Positions 37,712 to 50,842 of a stretch of DNA of 64,000 bases are shown piece after piece. The DNA is from Dimorphilus gyrociliatus (Eukaryota; Animalia; Annelida). Both the position numbers and the translations under genes were made by a program. The first letter of the stretch is position 1; every line of letters starts with the position of its first letter. The stretch covers positions 620,001 to 684,000 of the forward strand of contig CAJFCJ010000017.1 in assembly GCA_904063045.1 (NCBI GenBank), read 5' to 3'. Under the pieces are notes generated by a model. That model searched no databases, had not been told where the DNA came from, and saw nothing but the letters and a program-made list of their open reading frames with translations.

Positions 37712-40700
37712 TGAGAATTGCTTTACAACAAGGAAAAGAGAGAAAACTAAAAAAATAGCAAACCTTTCGTTATTCGTTTTAGTTTTTTGTATTTCAGTAG
37801 GTTTTGAATAATTTTGTGACCTTGATCTTTGAAATCTAAATATCTATAAGAAATTGTTTGTTAAAGATACGTATATAATATGAATATATATAAAAATAGC
37901 TATTACTTGATCTTGAGTTCCAATTGCCAATACTACTTTGAGAGAACCATATTGTTTATGAGATATTGGATGAATGATTGGTAATACACCATCGATAGCA
38001 ATAACAGGATACTGTAAAAGTTTTAAAAACAAACAAACAAACTTATTCGATGAAATCTTTTAGAAAAGGAAATAATCACCTCTGATTGAATTAAAGATTC
38101 AGCAATTGCTCTATCCTTGTACGAGATATAAAATTGATGAACAGACAACTTTACAAGACCAATTAGCTGTCACATATATATTTATAATAATATATTAAAT
38201 ATGTAGACAGAACTACCTGATTTTCTTCCGAATTAACAGACTTGTTCCATACTTCGATTATCGCCCAATTATTTTTAAATCGTTCTACCATCGTTTGATC
38301 AAATATAACTGGTGTAACCTACATTAGATAATATACACAACAATCATATTCAAAGTGTATATTTTAATAATATTTAACAAAATACCTGAACAAAATGATA
38401 CTCTGGATCAAATGTTCCCCAGCATGTACAAGATGAATAAACTTCATCACTCCAAAACATCCGACAAGATAGAAAAGAATTTCTAAAACTTTGATCTTGC
38501 ATTGTAACAGCCGATTCGGTTGATGAACTTTTCATAGTTGATATACCTTGAAACGATATACCAGTTCCTTGAGGTATCATTATCATAGTTTGCAGAGTGA
38601 TAGGCTAAATTATATAATAAAAATATATTATGTAATATTAAAAAACAAATAAATCAAAGTTCTTACCGAATAAGGAGTCGAATTATTATTTATAGATCGA
38701 TTCTCAGGTTCTTGCCGAACGACCTCAATAGCTGTGAATAAATAAATCTAGTATATATAAAATATAATATAAAAAATTAGTTATAAATAACAAACGTTTA
38801 ATAGATTTCAGAGTACTTTCAGGAGTAGTTAGCATCTTTAAAGTTTTCGAATCGCTTACATCAGCAACTTTTGCTTTTTGAATTTGTTCTTGAAATTTTT
38901 CATTTTCATTTCCAGCTAATTCAAGAGTTACTTTTAATTTTCCAATTATTGGACAATTAGCTTCATTTCCGGTATCTGAACTAATATCGCCGTCTCTTGC
39001 TCTATCGCTAAAAAGAAAATAATTATTAATAAAACATAATAAATATATCTTCTCTATTCTTCTCGCTAATTAGACTAACAAATAATAAGAATTTGTGAAA
39101 TCATACCGAACGTCTAATCCTTCGCTGATAAATAGTTCAGGTGACATAATAACATTCTTCAGATATAAAATACTTGTACCAATTAGTTTCGGCTGTTAAG
39201 AAAATGGATTGTTTTAAGAAATATATAGCTATTTAAAATAAAAAAAAACAAACAATTCTATTTCCGGGAGTTTTAGAGAAAACTTTATAAACAATTTTGG
39301 ATTTAATCCATTTTTCAATACCAGATCCATCAAAAACGACTGGAAAGGCCGTCTTATGTCCAAAATTTATATCTAAAACAAGATTTTATAATGATATTCT
39401 CAGATTATAAAAATAGTTCAAAATATCAAACCTCCATCAACGATCTTCTTCGATGCAAATCGAACAATTTCAGTTCCCATTGAAGATTTTCTAGACCGCG
39501 TATCGGTTACGGAACAAGGAAAATGATATTCAATAAAATAAGTAGATGATTTGGTCCCAGAACCAGGTCTTGGAGGCTTTCCTTTCAGATCTTTGGCTTT
39601 CTTCTTTTTTTTTGTACTTTCTAAGGATTTAAGAGATAGCTTACTAACGTTTATTCGAGCTACTGAAACTTTTCCCAACAATGCAACTCTATCTATAGTT
39701 AACGCTTTCGAGGTATCTAATTTCTTCTTTCCCAATTTACGTCGTCTTGTCTCACTATCGGATGCGCATCTTTTCTCGGATGAGGAACTTCGTGTTCTCC
39801 TTTTCCCGGCACTCTTTGAGCGTTTTCTTCCAGCTTTTTTTACTCTTGGGGTCGATAATGGTGTTGATGTTAGACTTCCAGCAGATGAGGTTCTTGACGG
39901 AGGTCTCTGTTAATAAAATTTTCCTTAATGCTTTTTCAATTTTGCTACGGTAATCATATAAAAAATTCTGTTTACCTTATTTCCATCACATTCTAAAGAT
40001 AAATTCAACCTTTCGATACCCGCTTTCTTCTCAGAAGAAGATTTCATTGAATCCTTCCCAAGAGTTCTAATTATTTCCTCTTCAGCACCATCCGATATGT
40101 CACTACTACTTAATACCTTCAATGATATTCTAAAGTTTAAATACAAGATATCTAATATGTAATGATATCTTTACCGTTTCATTGTATAATAAATTATTCA
40201 AGATTTTGTCATCGTATATGGGATCATTGACATCTGTCATAGATGCGGCATCAGACGAATCCAGGTTATTGTTAAAAGCTTTTATCGTCTTTTAATAATA
40301 ATGACAATTGATAGAAGATAAATCAATCAATCAATAAGTTTTTAGTGTAAATGAAACAATGTAAATATATCTTACCCGAAGTCTTTCAGTTGCAAATGTA
40401 TCTCCAACAACTAGGTCTACAGCTCGCTTAAAGCCATCATTTTCATAATCACTATGCTTTAGTATCTCTTGAGCATAAAGACCATCGTCAAAGTCGTATT
40501 GTTCTCTGAGTCCAAAGAACTCATCACTTTTCCTTAAGCAGCTCTTCAAAGGTTTTGAAGATCTACTAGATATTGCCATTTCATTACGTAATTTTACGCC
40601 TCTTTCTAGAATATTTGATAATAAGTCTTCTTTACCACTTGAACCATTTTCTTTAATTTCAATAGGATTGTCGTTCATAACTAACTTTTCAACATCGTCA

Positions 40701-41933
40701 CAATATGAGCTTCGAACTTCATCATAATTCAATCCATTTTTATGATTAAAAACTCCTTTTTTGTCTTTTTTGTCAGTTGATCCCGATCTGGATCGAGATT
40801 TCGAAACTTTACGCCTTGAACGAGATGGACGTTCGGTACTAAATTGTTGCAATTTTGAATCAACTCCGCTTGGAAAACTCTAATAAAAAATTGACAATTA
40901 ATTGATATAAACGTCATATGGATAGTTGTGCTCCTCTTAATAAATACCCGATTAGTATCAGGGCTCATGAAAGGATCGTCACTTATATCTACCCGAGGTT
41001 TTTCCATGCGAATAAATTGAGGTGGATTTACTGGCTCAGGTTCAATACTTCCAGTAACACTGATATCAGGTGTAGGGATAGATGACGTTTCTGCGTTATC
41101 TAAGAGTATCAGGAATTATAAGATAGATAGTGAGAGATATAGCATTTAATAATCCCTACCGGCAATTGATTGAAAGTGTAGTGCTATTTTAAGTTCACCC
41201 ATATTTTCCCCCGATTGAGTTCTTATGGGATATAGTCTAAAAGAGATTTACGAAAATATTTTTTTTATAGATAATATCATTGATTGATATTTAACTATTC
41301 TCTTTACCCTGATATATTTGTTTGAGCATTTAGCTTCTGCAGATTTGGTACTGTGGCAACACCAATCGGAACATATCCTTCGGCCAGCACCTCCAAAATG
41401 AGATTACCCATATCTTTGTGTTAGAACAGATTAACGTATATTATTATTATCTATGGTTAGTTAAAAAAAAACCTTTAAGATAGGCCGAAAATTGCTTTGG
41501 CCCAGATCGTACTTCGAATTTCGAATCTGTCTCTGCTCTTGTACTCCCATTATCTAGTCTTGAGTCAATGGGTCTAACCATCAATGGAAGAGAAAATAAA
41601 TAAAGCAAAAATTGCATCGATTGAGATAATACCTAAAAACGGTACCAGGCCCATCTTCGCCCCACCAGATTACCCTTACAAATGTTGTTTTTGGAGGCTT
41701 GGCAGTATACCATAGTACTTCGTCAACCCGTAATCGTAAATAACATCTTAATTGGCCTTGTACTTTTGGCGGCAAAGTTGTTGAAGCTTTAACAAACCCT
41801 CTTATCCACTTTTCGGCTAAAACGATTCAAGTTGCAGCTTGCCTAACAACGTATGTTAAGATCTTTTAATATTACCTCTTTTTGTATATATGTTGGACTT
41901 TGCTGTAACCTTCTTAGTAATTCCTGATTTCAT
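32177..41933 (-). CDS. C2CD3: C2 domain-containing protein 3 (distal centriole/ciliogenesis)
   Basis: Exon 1 41876-41933; STTLPPKVQGQLRCYLRL..VRVIWWGE; RSGPKQFSAYLKDM; YPVIAID..YGSLKVVLAIGT; WGEADCFVQYHFP; ERAFHLP; C-terminal EQTKRIAKIFSS resembling the recalled human end (RIARIFSS). Confidence 0.9.
37677..37710. repeat. (ATAG)8 microsatellite inside a C2CD3 intron
   Basis: Eight perfect ATAG units; on the gene strand (CTAT)n abuts the 3' acceptor at 37671. Confidence 0.9.
41838..41850 (-). promoter_or_regulatory. RFX X-box-like element in C2CD3 intron 1
   Basis: GTTGTTAGGCAAG on the gene strand, 11/13 to GTTGCTAGGCAAC. Confidence 0.45.
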
Positions 41934-42018
41934 TTTATTTGATCGTAAAAATACTTTATTTAAAATGATGGATAAAATTTAAACATTTGTTAAACGTGTA
42001 ATCAAACGTTTGTTTGTC

Positions 42019-42027
42019 CGCCATTTT
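42019..42027 (+). promoter_or_regulatory. YY1-like motif upstream of C2CD3
   Basis: CGCCATTTT matches CGCCATNTT; same motif overlaps the ATG of CDT1 (16217-16225) and SMNDC1 (24505-24513). Confidence 0.35.
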
Positions 42028-42123
42028 CATTGAGGTATTCGGGTCGGTATTCAGTTTTTTAAAGTTCTTTAACATGTTTAAAGAGGAAGATGAAACCATA
42101 CTAGATCGAGTGTTTTACTTTAA

Positions 42124-42131
42124 TTTGGCGC
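42124..42131 (+). promoter_or_regulatory. E2F site upstream of C2CD3
   Basis: TTTGGCGC exact match to TTTSSCGC, about 190 nt upstream of the ATG. Confidence 0.35.
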
Positions 42132-42609
42132 TAAAAGTGTTGGAACATTGTAAAAAGACATAAATCATAAGTAAAAACTTTAATTTCGTTAAATGGGCAA
42201 TATATATATATGATATATTTTATCAGTTGCTAACCTCTATAAATAGTGCAATTGGTGCAAGTTAAGTTAATAATTCATTGATTAGACAATACTATCATTC
42301 ATAAAGAAAATATAACTCTGATAATTATCGTCATGTATTTATTCGTAGTATCCTGCTGTAGAACTATTGTGTACAAGTGAAAAATAAACTAAAGAGCTCT
42401 AAACACTATAGTCAATCACATCAAGATCAAAATACAACATATAAATACATGGAACATTTAAGCACCTCATGTTTCATAGCATACATAGGTAAAACACGTA
42501 CGTTTAATATAAATTTTAAAGTCAAATGCAAATCATCGAAAAACAGGTTACTACATTACCATATAATAAAGCAAAATCCCGAGGATAACTTAGATACAGT
42601 CGAAATTCT

Positions 42610-45600
42610 TCAAGAGTACATTGTAGTTTGGATAAACTGAAAAAAAGGACAATGAATATATAAACGGTTTTCAATATATTACATCCTTTTAAAAACAAAT
42701 TGATGGTAAACTTACGCAATCCAAATCGAATTCAGCCTTTCCACGAGGGCTGGTCTGCATTTCTTTGTAAATGTCTATAAAAATATAGAAAAAAGAAAAT
42801 TAAAGTTAAATTATTGATAAAGTTAGAAGGAAAGTGACTAATATAGAGAAAATTTTTTACATACCAAACATAGTTTTCATTCTTGCTATACAATGCACAA
42901 AATCATCGAAATAGATGCAACCATCTTTATGAGTATAGCGTTTAACCAACGCATTAAACGTCGAATTACTGAGTTTAAATCCAAGAGCATGGAAAACAGC
43001 ACGTAATTCGTAACTGTTGAAATTTCCACTCTTATCCTTATCGTGTTGCTTGAAAACAGTCTAAATAATAAAAGAAAAAATTATTAAATATTCTAGATAA
43101 ATGATATTTGAAAAAGAACAAACCTTCCACATTCTTATATCAGTCCAAAGCTTCTTAAATTCTTCAAATCCTAATTTACCGGATCTATCATTGTCAAGCA
43201 GAGCAACCATACTTCTACAAGTTTCTGCAGAGAATCCATCAAATTTGAAATCTGTTGAAAACAATAGAAAAATAAATATTGAACTAATTGAAAATACACA
43301 ATATTAAAAATAGATTAGAACAACAAATATGGGAAATTTACAATAGTTTTGAATAGTAAAAAAATTTTATACATAAGAAAAGAGAATTAAAAATTATAAA
43401 CGTTATGAAATAATAGATAGATAAAATATTAACATTTACGGATAAACCGAAAATTAGGTAAGTGACAATATAAAGTTATAAAAAAGAAAAAAACATTAAA
43501 TAGGCCTTTAAAGCTATACGTAAATGAATAATTGTAAATTTTTACCTCCCGCTGCATAGTTAATAAATAGAATTTGATCAGTAACAATTACTTAAAAATA
43601 TGATATGTTAATTGGATATTTAAACATATTCAATAGGTATTTATATTTATGGTAGATTATTTAGAATATGTGTTTAAAGTAATATTTCATTAAATACCTC
43701 TTTTGAATGCATTGTCCAAAATTACTTGTAATTCGTAAGCGTCAATTTCCATATCGGCGCCAGCAATACTCTTGAAAGCAGCTCTCATTTGCGAATCTGC
43801 ATCAGGATCAGCAGGTGGCAAACTTGGCTATGAAGAGAACAAAAAAAAGGATAAATCATTTAAATCAAATCTTTACAATAAATTAATATAACAATTTTTA
43901 GTTTAATAGTTCATTCCAACAGTTTAGGATACACTAGTTACAATAACAGCTTTATATAAAAACATTACATTTGATTTAGACTCTTCATACTCTTAAAAAG
44001 AGATGGAAGAAAACGTTTAAATCATAGCATTTACTGTTAACAAGCTCATGCATAAATAGATTATTAAATCGATTTTACATTCTCAACATTGGATAAAAAG
44101 TAGAGGATTTATTTTATTTATTAAATTGAGTTTAAATAAATTTATAACATTCTTAAAATACTTTACCGGTACTCCTGGCTTTGTATCATCCTACACGAAA
44201 AATTAATGTGAAATAATTGTATAGAGAAAGGTGATTGATTATATGATAAATAGAAAATGTGAGTGGTGAATAGAGACGCTAAAAAGTGAAGGTTGTCTTA
44301 TATTTCTTTTTTTTTTGTTTCTCTTTCGTAAAAAGTGTAAAATTGCGCAATTTCTGCCTGATGGGAAAAAATACTTACTCGAACATTTGTAATACAGGTT
44401 TCTTCGTCCAATTCTCTGTTGAAATAAATGTTATTAGTGAAAGGATAACGGATGGATACAATTTACAATTCAGAAGTATTACTTACTTTGAATCGTTCTT
44501 TTGTTCAGAAAAGATTCTCATTAGGAAATCGGCTTCATGATTGGGTTCAAAAGTTGAAGGTATTATGCAGTAGTTTCCGGGTTTAAGCTTGTGACGACCA
44601 CAAACTTCTCTCATATTAATGAATGATGGCGATCTTGCCTTCGATTGGTTGTATTTAAAAAATTGTACATCCAAAGGTTCAGCTCCAGAGTCTTTTAACT
44701 GTAAATAAAAAAGATTGAATATAACCAGATCTTAAACTCCAACCTGAAACATTCTTTTTCATTCATAGCAAAGCCAACAAATGATATTTATTTCTTTTAA
44801 GTCGCAAAGCCTTAACTTCATTCACAACAAAAAAAACGATAAAAATAGAAGTATTACAAATAGACATTTTAGCTGTAAGCTTATTTTTATAAAAAGAATA
44901 AAATAAAACACATGAAATACGAAGAAACTAATTGTTATTTTTTCCATTATGCAATTTAACAAAATGCCACAGTGGCGCGAGAGAAGAATATCGAATGCTT
45001 TTATTTTTACTTTCTATTCATAATCTCTACCTTATCTGGAACCTTTCGAAAATTTATAAACAATAAAAGTAAACCGCCAGATCGAAATATTTATAATCAT
45101 TTAATTTGAAATTACAAGTTTCTCTTTGTTAATTGAATTAATAACATATTATTATATTAAGTAAATGGAACAAACCTCGTAAATGACATATCCAATAGTC
45201 AAAAGATCTTTTCCTTCCTTACGTAACTTACGTCTTCCTATTTTGTTTTTTTTTTAAAGAAAAAAGTTTAATTAAGAAAGGATTAATAAAATAAAATTTG
45301 AGAATATTTTACCAATTTGCATAAGTCCTACAATTATTGTTCCAAGATTTTCTTCATCATCTTCATCAGGATCAGTTACAGTTACACGATATTGAGGATT
45401 TGTCCAAAATGTCTCTGGTTTTTAAGTATAGAAAAATTCAATTAATATATATTTATAAGTCTTAAATTCTGTTGTTTATACCCAAATAGTTTCGGCAACC
45501 ACCAGCATTGACGTTCCTCTTCCAGCATCCATTTTGTTTGGTGCCTTCCCATTTACGTTTGTGAGTTTTCTCATCGAGAGGAGATTCAGGACCAAGATTA

Positions 45601-48075
45601 CAAATTTCCAATTTGTGGAAAGCAGTTGAAAAGTCTTGGAAAGACATCCAGAATTCACCGTCATTGTCGAATACAAGCCCAATCTTTTTTTTCTCGGCAT
45701 CGCTTATGAATTTCCATTCCTTAGAGCCATCACACCAAGCTCCTCGCCATTCGGCCTCATTTCCCCAAGGATTACGTATTCTTATCATAGGTATTTTGCC
45801 TGTTTTATTAGGCGTAGATACTTCAACAGTTCTTACGGCAGTAATAGTATAAGCGTGACCGCAAATAAGACCATTAGTGAGTCTAGCCTCTGTCTGATTA
45901 GGAATAGCTTCAATTGAACAACCCATCATTGAATTGCGTTCAAAAGCTTTCAGCATGATAGTCCACAGGTTTGGAGGTTTTGTCTTGGGTCTGATATCAA
46001 AAATTTCAGTGACACCGCCAGTAAAATCTTCCATTGCCTCAGCAGCAGATCCTCCTTTCAAAGCTTCATACGATCCGACCAATTTAGCATAAGCCTTCTC
46101 CAATAGAGCAGTCCAGAATTCATTTGTTTCTTTAGAGTGCATATAAACCAAGCGATTTCTATATGTTGGAAGACGATCATCAATAAATATGTCAACCCAT
46201 TCTCCAAAACGCCAGAAGCTAAAGTGGAATAGACCACAATAGCCTCTGCTCTTCTCAAACGATTGTTTTGGAGGAACAACTTTGAAAAGCAGTTCTTCAT
46301 ATAAAGTTAAGCCAGCGATGGCGGCTAGAAGCCAACAGTCGCCAAGCTCTCCTTGTTTAACATCAAATCTGCTAGCTCCTTCCACGAATAATTTTGGATC
46401 ATCGCACAGTTCCTGAAAAAAGAGTATGAGAATGTTTATAAAACTTCAACCATTAATAATAGATATAAATAGAAAACTATACAATTTCTGTTTAATTTTT
46501 TATCTTAAGTTGTCTAGGCGTTCTCAAACTTATAATATCTAATTTCCATTATTGTTAAAGAGTGTTTCAAGGCCTTTTCGTACGGGAATGTGGAAAAAAT
46601 TTGACCTATATAAAAGACAAAGTCTACAAAATAAAGGTTTGAAATTTAATACTTTAAGTTTGAACGAATAATGAATTCAATAATAAAGAAAGCAATATTT
46701 CCCTTATTTTTGTTTACAAAATAACTTTAGTATAGATATAGACATTTCAAAGTCTGTGATTCATTCCAGCTGCTATGCTATAAAGACTCTACCAACTCTC
46801 TCCCCAGCTCTCTCTCTCTCTCTCTTTCTATATAGAGTGAGTGTATTTCGTATACATGCATGCAGCGACCTACATATACCAGTCTAGCATTTTTTTTATC
46901 TGCATAGCTGGAAAAGGCTAGGTGCACCTAAAATTCAAAGTTTACATACAATAATAAAATTAGATATGAATATATCTATATATATATACTCTCTCTCTAC
47001 ACACACACATGTATATATATATAGAGACAAAGAGCTAGAAGATCTATAGATTTATAATATTTAAAGTTTATTTTGTAAATGTCATTTTCTAGAGATTACT
47101 TAATCTATATATAAAACGGGACTGTGGGAGTTTGAAATGGAGTTCGTATCGTTAAGTATGATACATATCCGTGTCTTTATTTTATCTTTACCTTATGTTA
47201 GCGAGATATGAGATCATTTGCATACAATATATAGATATATATTAGTTTGTTAATTTTGTCAGGGTTAGCATTAGCAGTTTCAACCGATATAAGTGTAATT
47301 CGTGTAAGAATATTGTAAAAAAAGGATACGATTTTATGTGGAAAGTCATATTATAGTATAGGCCTATTACGCTTTTTTCTCTGACAAGTCAATGTGAGCT
47401 GTAACGTTTACTTTGGTAAGGTCTGTGAATGAGAGTATTCGCAACTTTTATATAGGCCTAGCGTATTTTATGTAGGCGTTAAATTCCCTCTCGTACAAAT
47501 ATCAATTTTTTTGCACCTAACAATTAGAATATCGGGAAAAGTCGTTATCTGATAAATTATAACCGACGCTTACAAACTAAATAAACAATCGTACAACCTT
47601 TTTGTTATCTACTTTATTAAGGCGATAATAAATCACTTACGTGCGGTCTCTTCCACTCAATTGACCGTCCAGGTCTACCACTAAACACTAGGCTTGAATC
47701 ATCAGCATGAAAATCGGGATCTTCAAATAATCTGCCCTCCCTCTGGCATTGCTGTATAACCTCTTGATAAGTTTTCCCCTCCAACTCCATGGGAGGTCCC
47801 GCTGGTGGTCTAGTCTCTCTTCGAGAGCCCCAACCCTTCGAATACCTCGATCCTCTTAAAGCCATATCTGGTGCAGAATGCCTGGCAGTGATGCCTTGTT
47901 CTTGATTTCCATTTCCACCGTAAGAGTAAGTTTTCGTTTCAGTTCTAGTGCCACCCGGTCCAGAAAATGTACGAACTTCAGTAACTGTCGACTTGGACGT
48001 CGGCCCCGTGTTTGAATCGGAATAAGAGTAGGTAGTTTTTTTGGTTGTCGTGGAATATTGATTCGAGTTCGACAT
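42610..48075 (-). CDS. Classical calpain (CysPc, C2-like domain III, penta-EF-hand)
   Basis: FEDPDF; QGELGDCWLLAA (Cys); GHAYTIT (His); IRNPWG (Asn); domain III FWTNPQY, PGNYCIIPSTFEP; EF hands DNDRSGKLGFEEF, DKDKSGNFNSYELR; ends FIQTTMYS*. 1228-nt intron 1 and several microexons. Confidence 0.95.
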
Positions 48076-48716
48076 GCTTATTTACCGTCTTATCCTGCAA
48101 AATGTATACAGCTATAATAAAAAAAATAATATATGCCGAATACGTAAATAGAACCATCTTGTTATCATTCAATCCCATACAAGCAACTTAACTTACGAAT
48201 AACTAGGAATGTACAACTAATCTTTAACAAGTAGTTAATTTTGCCACAACGACTGATAGATAAAATTAACAATCAACCTCTTTCTATTAAGGTGATGGCC
48301 TGTCAGATTACTTCGGTTAAATTTTCTGTGTTGCTCTAGCAGTACAACAGCGCTGGCTGCAGGGAACTCCTAAATCGATAAAGCATTAATCGAAAAAGTC
48401 GATTTCCTCTTTGCTGGAAGATCGAGATCGACCATAAGGCCTATATATTTTGTATTTCCCAATTAGAACAGTGTAAATATAAGGCTAAAAGTATAAAAAA
48501 GAGTTTTAGCTAATTCGAATTAAATGTTAACAGATATTGATATCTATTGTATTCATATTTTCGAGCTGTGATTTAGCTACCTTCGCACTTAAACAGCCCT
48601 TTCTTTAAAATACCCTCGCTAAATTAAACACAAGCACTATAAAACTGTAATAAAAATTGAAATATTCATATAAAGCAACATTAAATAGGATCAATATATA
48701 ATAGAGTATATATATA

Positions 48717-48720
<4 letters not shown>

Positions 48721-48770
<50 letters not shown>
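48721..48770. repeat. (AT)25 microsatellite
   Basis: Perfect 50-nt AT run between calpain and TMEM177. Confidence 0.95.
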
Positions 48771-48772
<2 letters not shown>

Positions 48773-49605
48773 CAATAAATAATTATAATAACTTTCGTAT
48801 ATTAATAATTATCTTGATCTAATTCTTTCTTTCTGATTATATCATTTATTCATGAAAAATTCTATATTTATATATGTATAAAAAAAATCGACAAACTGTT
48901 GAACTACAGTTATTGATGATGGAATGAAAGGAGGGGGGAATTTTTTTTTATTGAATACTTTAATCAATAGTTTTGCTTCAATGATTTTTTTCCCTCCTCT
49001 CTCTTAGTTATAATTCCTATCTATATTTTAGCACACTTTTATTTATCTTCTGTTATATTTTATCGTCATATACTATAAATATATAACATATTTATATTTT
49101 TTGGACTATATGTAGTTCTATAAGGTTGTAATTTACAATATATGCAGGGAGGTACAAAAGACGGGGTTGTAAGATAGGGTTGTATGAGAGAGAACAGGAT
49201 TTGAGGCATATTAATAAAAAATAGGCTTATTTGGTATGAACGTGTAAGGATTATTTTTTTTAAAATGACATCTGCATGCGATTTAGTAAAAAGTAGTTAA
49301 AAAGTTAGATTAAATGAAAGATTTCTCTTTCTTTCTCTCTGTTGATATTTTATAGAAAAATTGATTTTTAAATTTCTCATTCTCCTATCACTTTTTGAGG
49401 ATAAAAATTAATCATTGATAGATAATTTCCTTAAAGTACCTCTTTCAAGTAGTTATACTTAAATGTATGATAAAGCATTTCACTATCTATAAAAAGTTTA
49501 TTTTAGAAGTAATAAGTGGCATTCTTCTTATTCATATCGTTTTAGAGGAAGGAAGGAAGAGCATATTTCAGCTTTTTATTACTATTTATTAGAATTTAGC
49601 TACCT

Positions 49606-50842
49606 CTAAAATCTCATATTAGCAAATAAATCAATATTTCTTCTTTCTTTTAAAGCATTTCGTCTTTCTAAATCTTTTTCATAATCAAAACTATCAACAA
49701 TATTTTTTACTATATCAGTCCTTTCAGTTAACGTTAAATGAGGCTTCATTAAACTATGCTTTTCGTTTCCAAATAAAGAATAGTAGGCTTCACCTGCTCC
49801 AAAAAAAACAAAAAACAAATATTTAATAAAAAATAAAGTAGTAAAAATTGATTCAAAAGGTTTTCAAGAGAAGAGATAATAAATTTTTATCAACAAAGAA
49901 AGAAGTTTACCTTCTTTTTTTAGTAAATTCCTCAAAGCAATATTTCTTTTTTGTAGTTTTTCATAATATTCTAAACCTCCTTTTCCAATATTTGGATGTA
50001 ATTTTGCTGCTTCACGATCGGCTTTTGCTTCCAATAAACAGATATAAGTGTCTTTCAAAACTTCGTATGCCAAAAAATAAAAGCCAGCAAACAGAGTGTA
50101 CATTCCAACTCTCATTTGGCGAGGTAAGCGAGCTTTTAACTGGAGACGATCATTAAAAAAGTGTCCAGTACAATAGGCTCCAATAATTGCCAAAGATCTT
50201 ATAGCTGATATAATTACTATGCTATTTGACAAACTATACTCCATTTCTCTAGCTATTGCGAAAGCTTTGGCGCGATAAGATAGGGTTAAAGCATCTGCTA
50301 GATTTTGACCATCTTTTGATTCCCAATTAATTTCTTCTCCGCCTACTAATAGGTCGCTCTAAAAAAGAAACAAGTAAACAAATTAAAGAATTTTCAAATG
50401 AAAACAGTTTTAAACAAACCTTTTTAACATCTTGAACGGATTTACAAAGAAATGTTGCAGGAATACCAATTATAGCACTAAATCTCCACTCTAAATTTCC
50501 TTTTGTGATAGGATTCATGTTAGCTGTAATAAACGGCTGAATATCTTGCTTTGTTGACTCTTCCAGATCGAGTTCAACACCTAATTTTTGAATAATTTCA
50601 TTTAGCTCGTCGTCTAAGCCTTCTTCTTTTCCATCCTTATATTTTTGAAGGAACTTTCTATAAATGAAAATAAGATATATTGTTGGTTCTAAAAACTCTG
50701 GGAAGTAGATAACAAACTTATATCGTGATAAGCCGAGAGTTTGTGGAATGGCCGAAACAAAATATGTCACTGTTCCTGCACAAGCGACTGCCACTTGCCA
50801 ATAGATTGGGTAGTGGTCAGGTTTAAATCGAAAGAATACCAT
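49606..50842 (-). CDS. TMEM177: Mitochondrial inner-membrane protein TMEM177
   Basis: QPFITANMNPITKG..AIIGIPATF; WESKDGQNLADALTLSYRAKAFAIARE; GGLEYYEKLQKRNIALRNLL..YYSLFGN, matching recalled TMEM177 motifs. Confidence 0.85.

Noticed and set aside
44734-44745. Extra 6-nt calpain microexon (GTTGGA)
   Set aside because: Would leave a 39-nt downstream intron, shorter than any well-supported intron here, with a weak donor.
46766-46911. Inverted repeat flanking microsatellites in calpain intron 1; alternative first exon
   Set aside because: Only about 10 bp with a bulge; candidate ATG-donor pairs in this intron are in the wrong phase.
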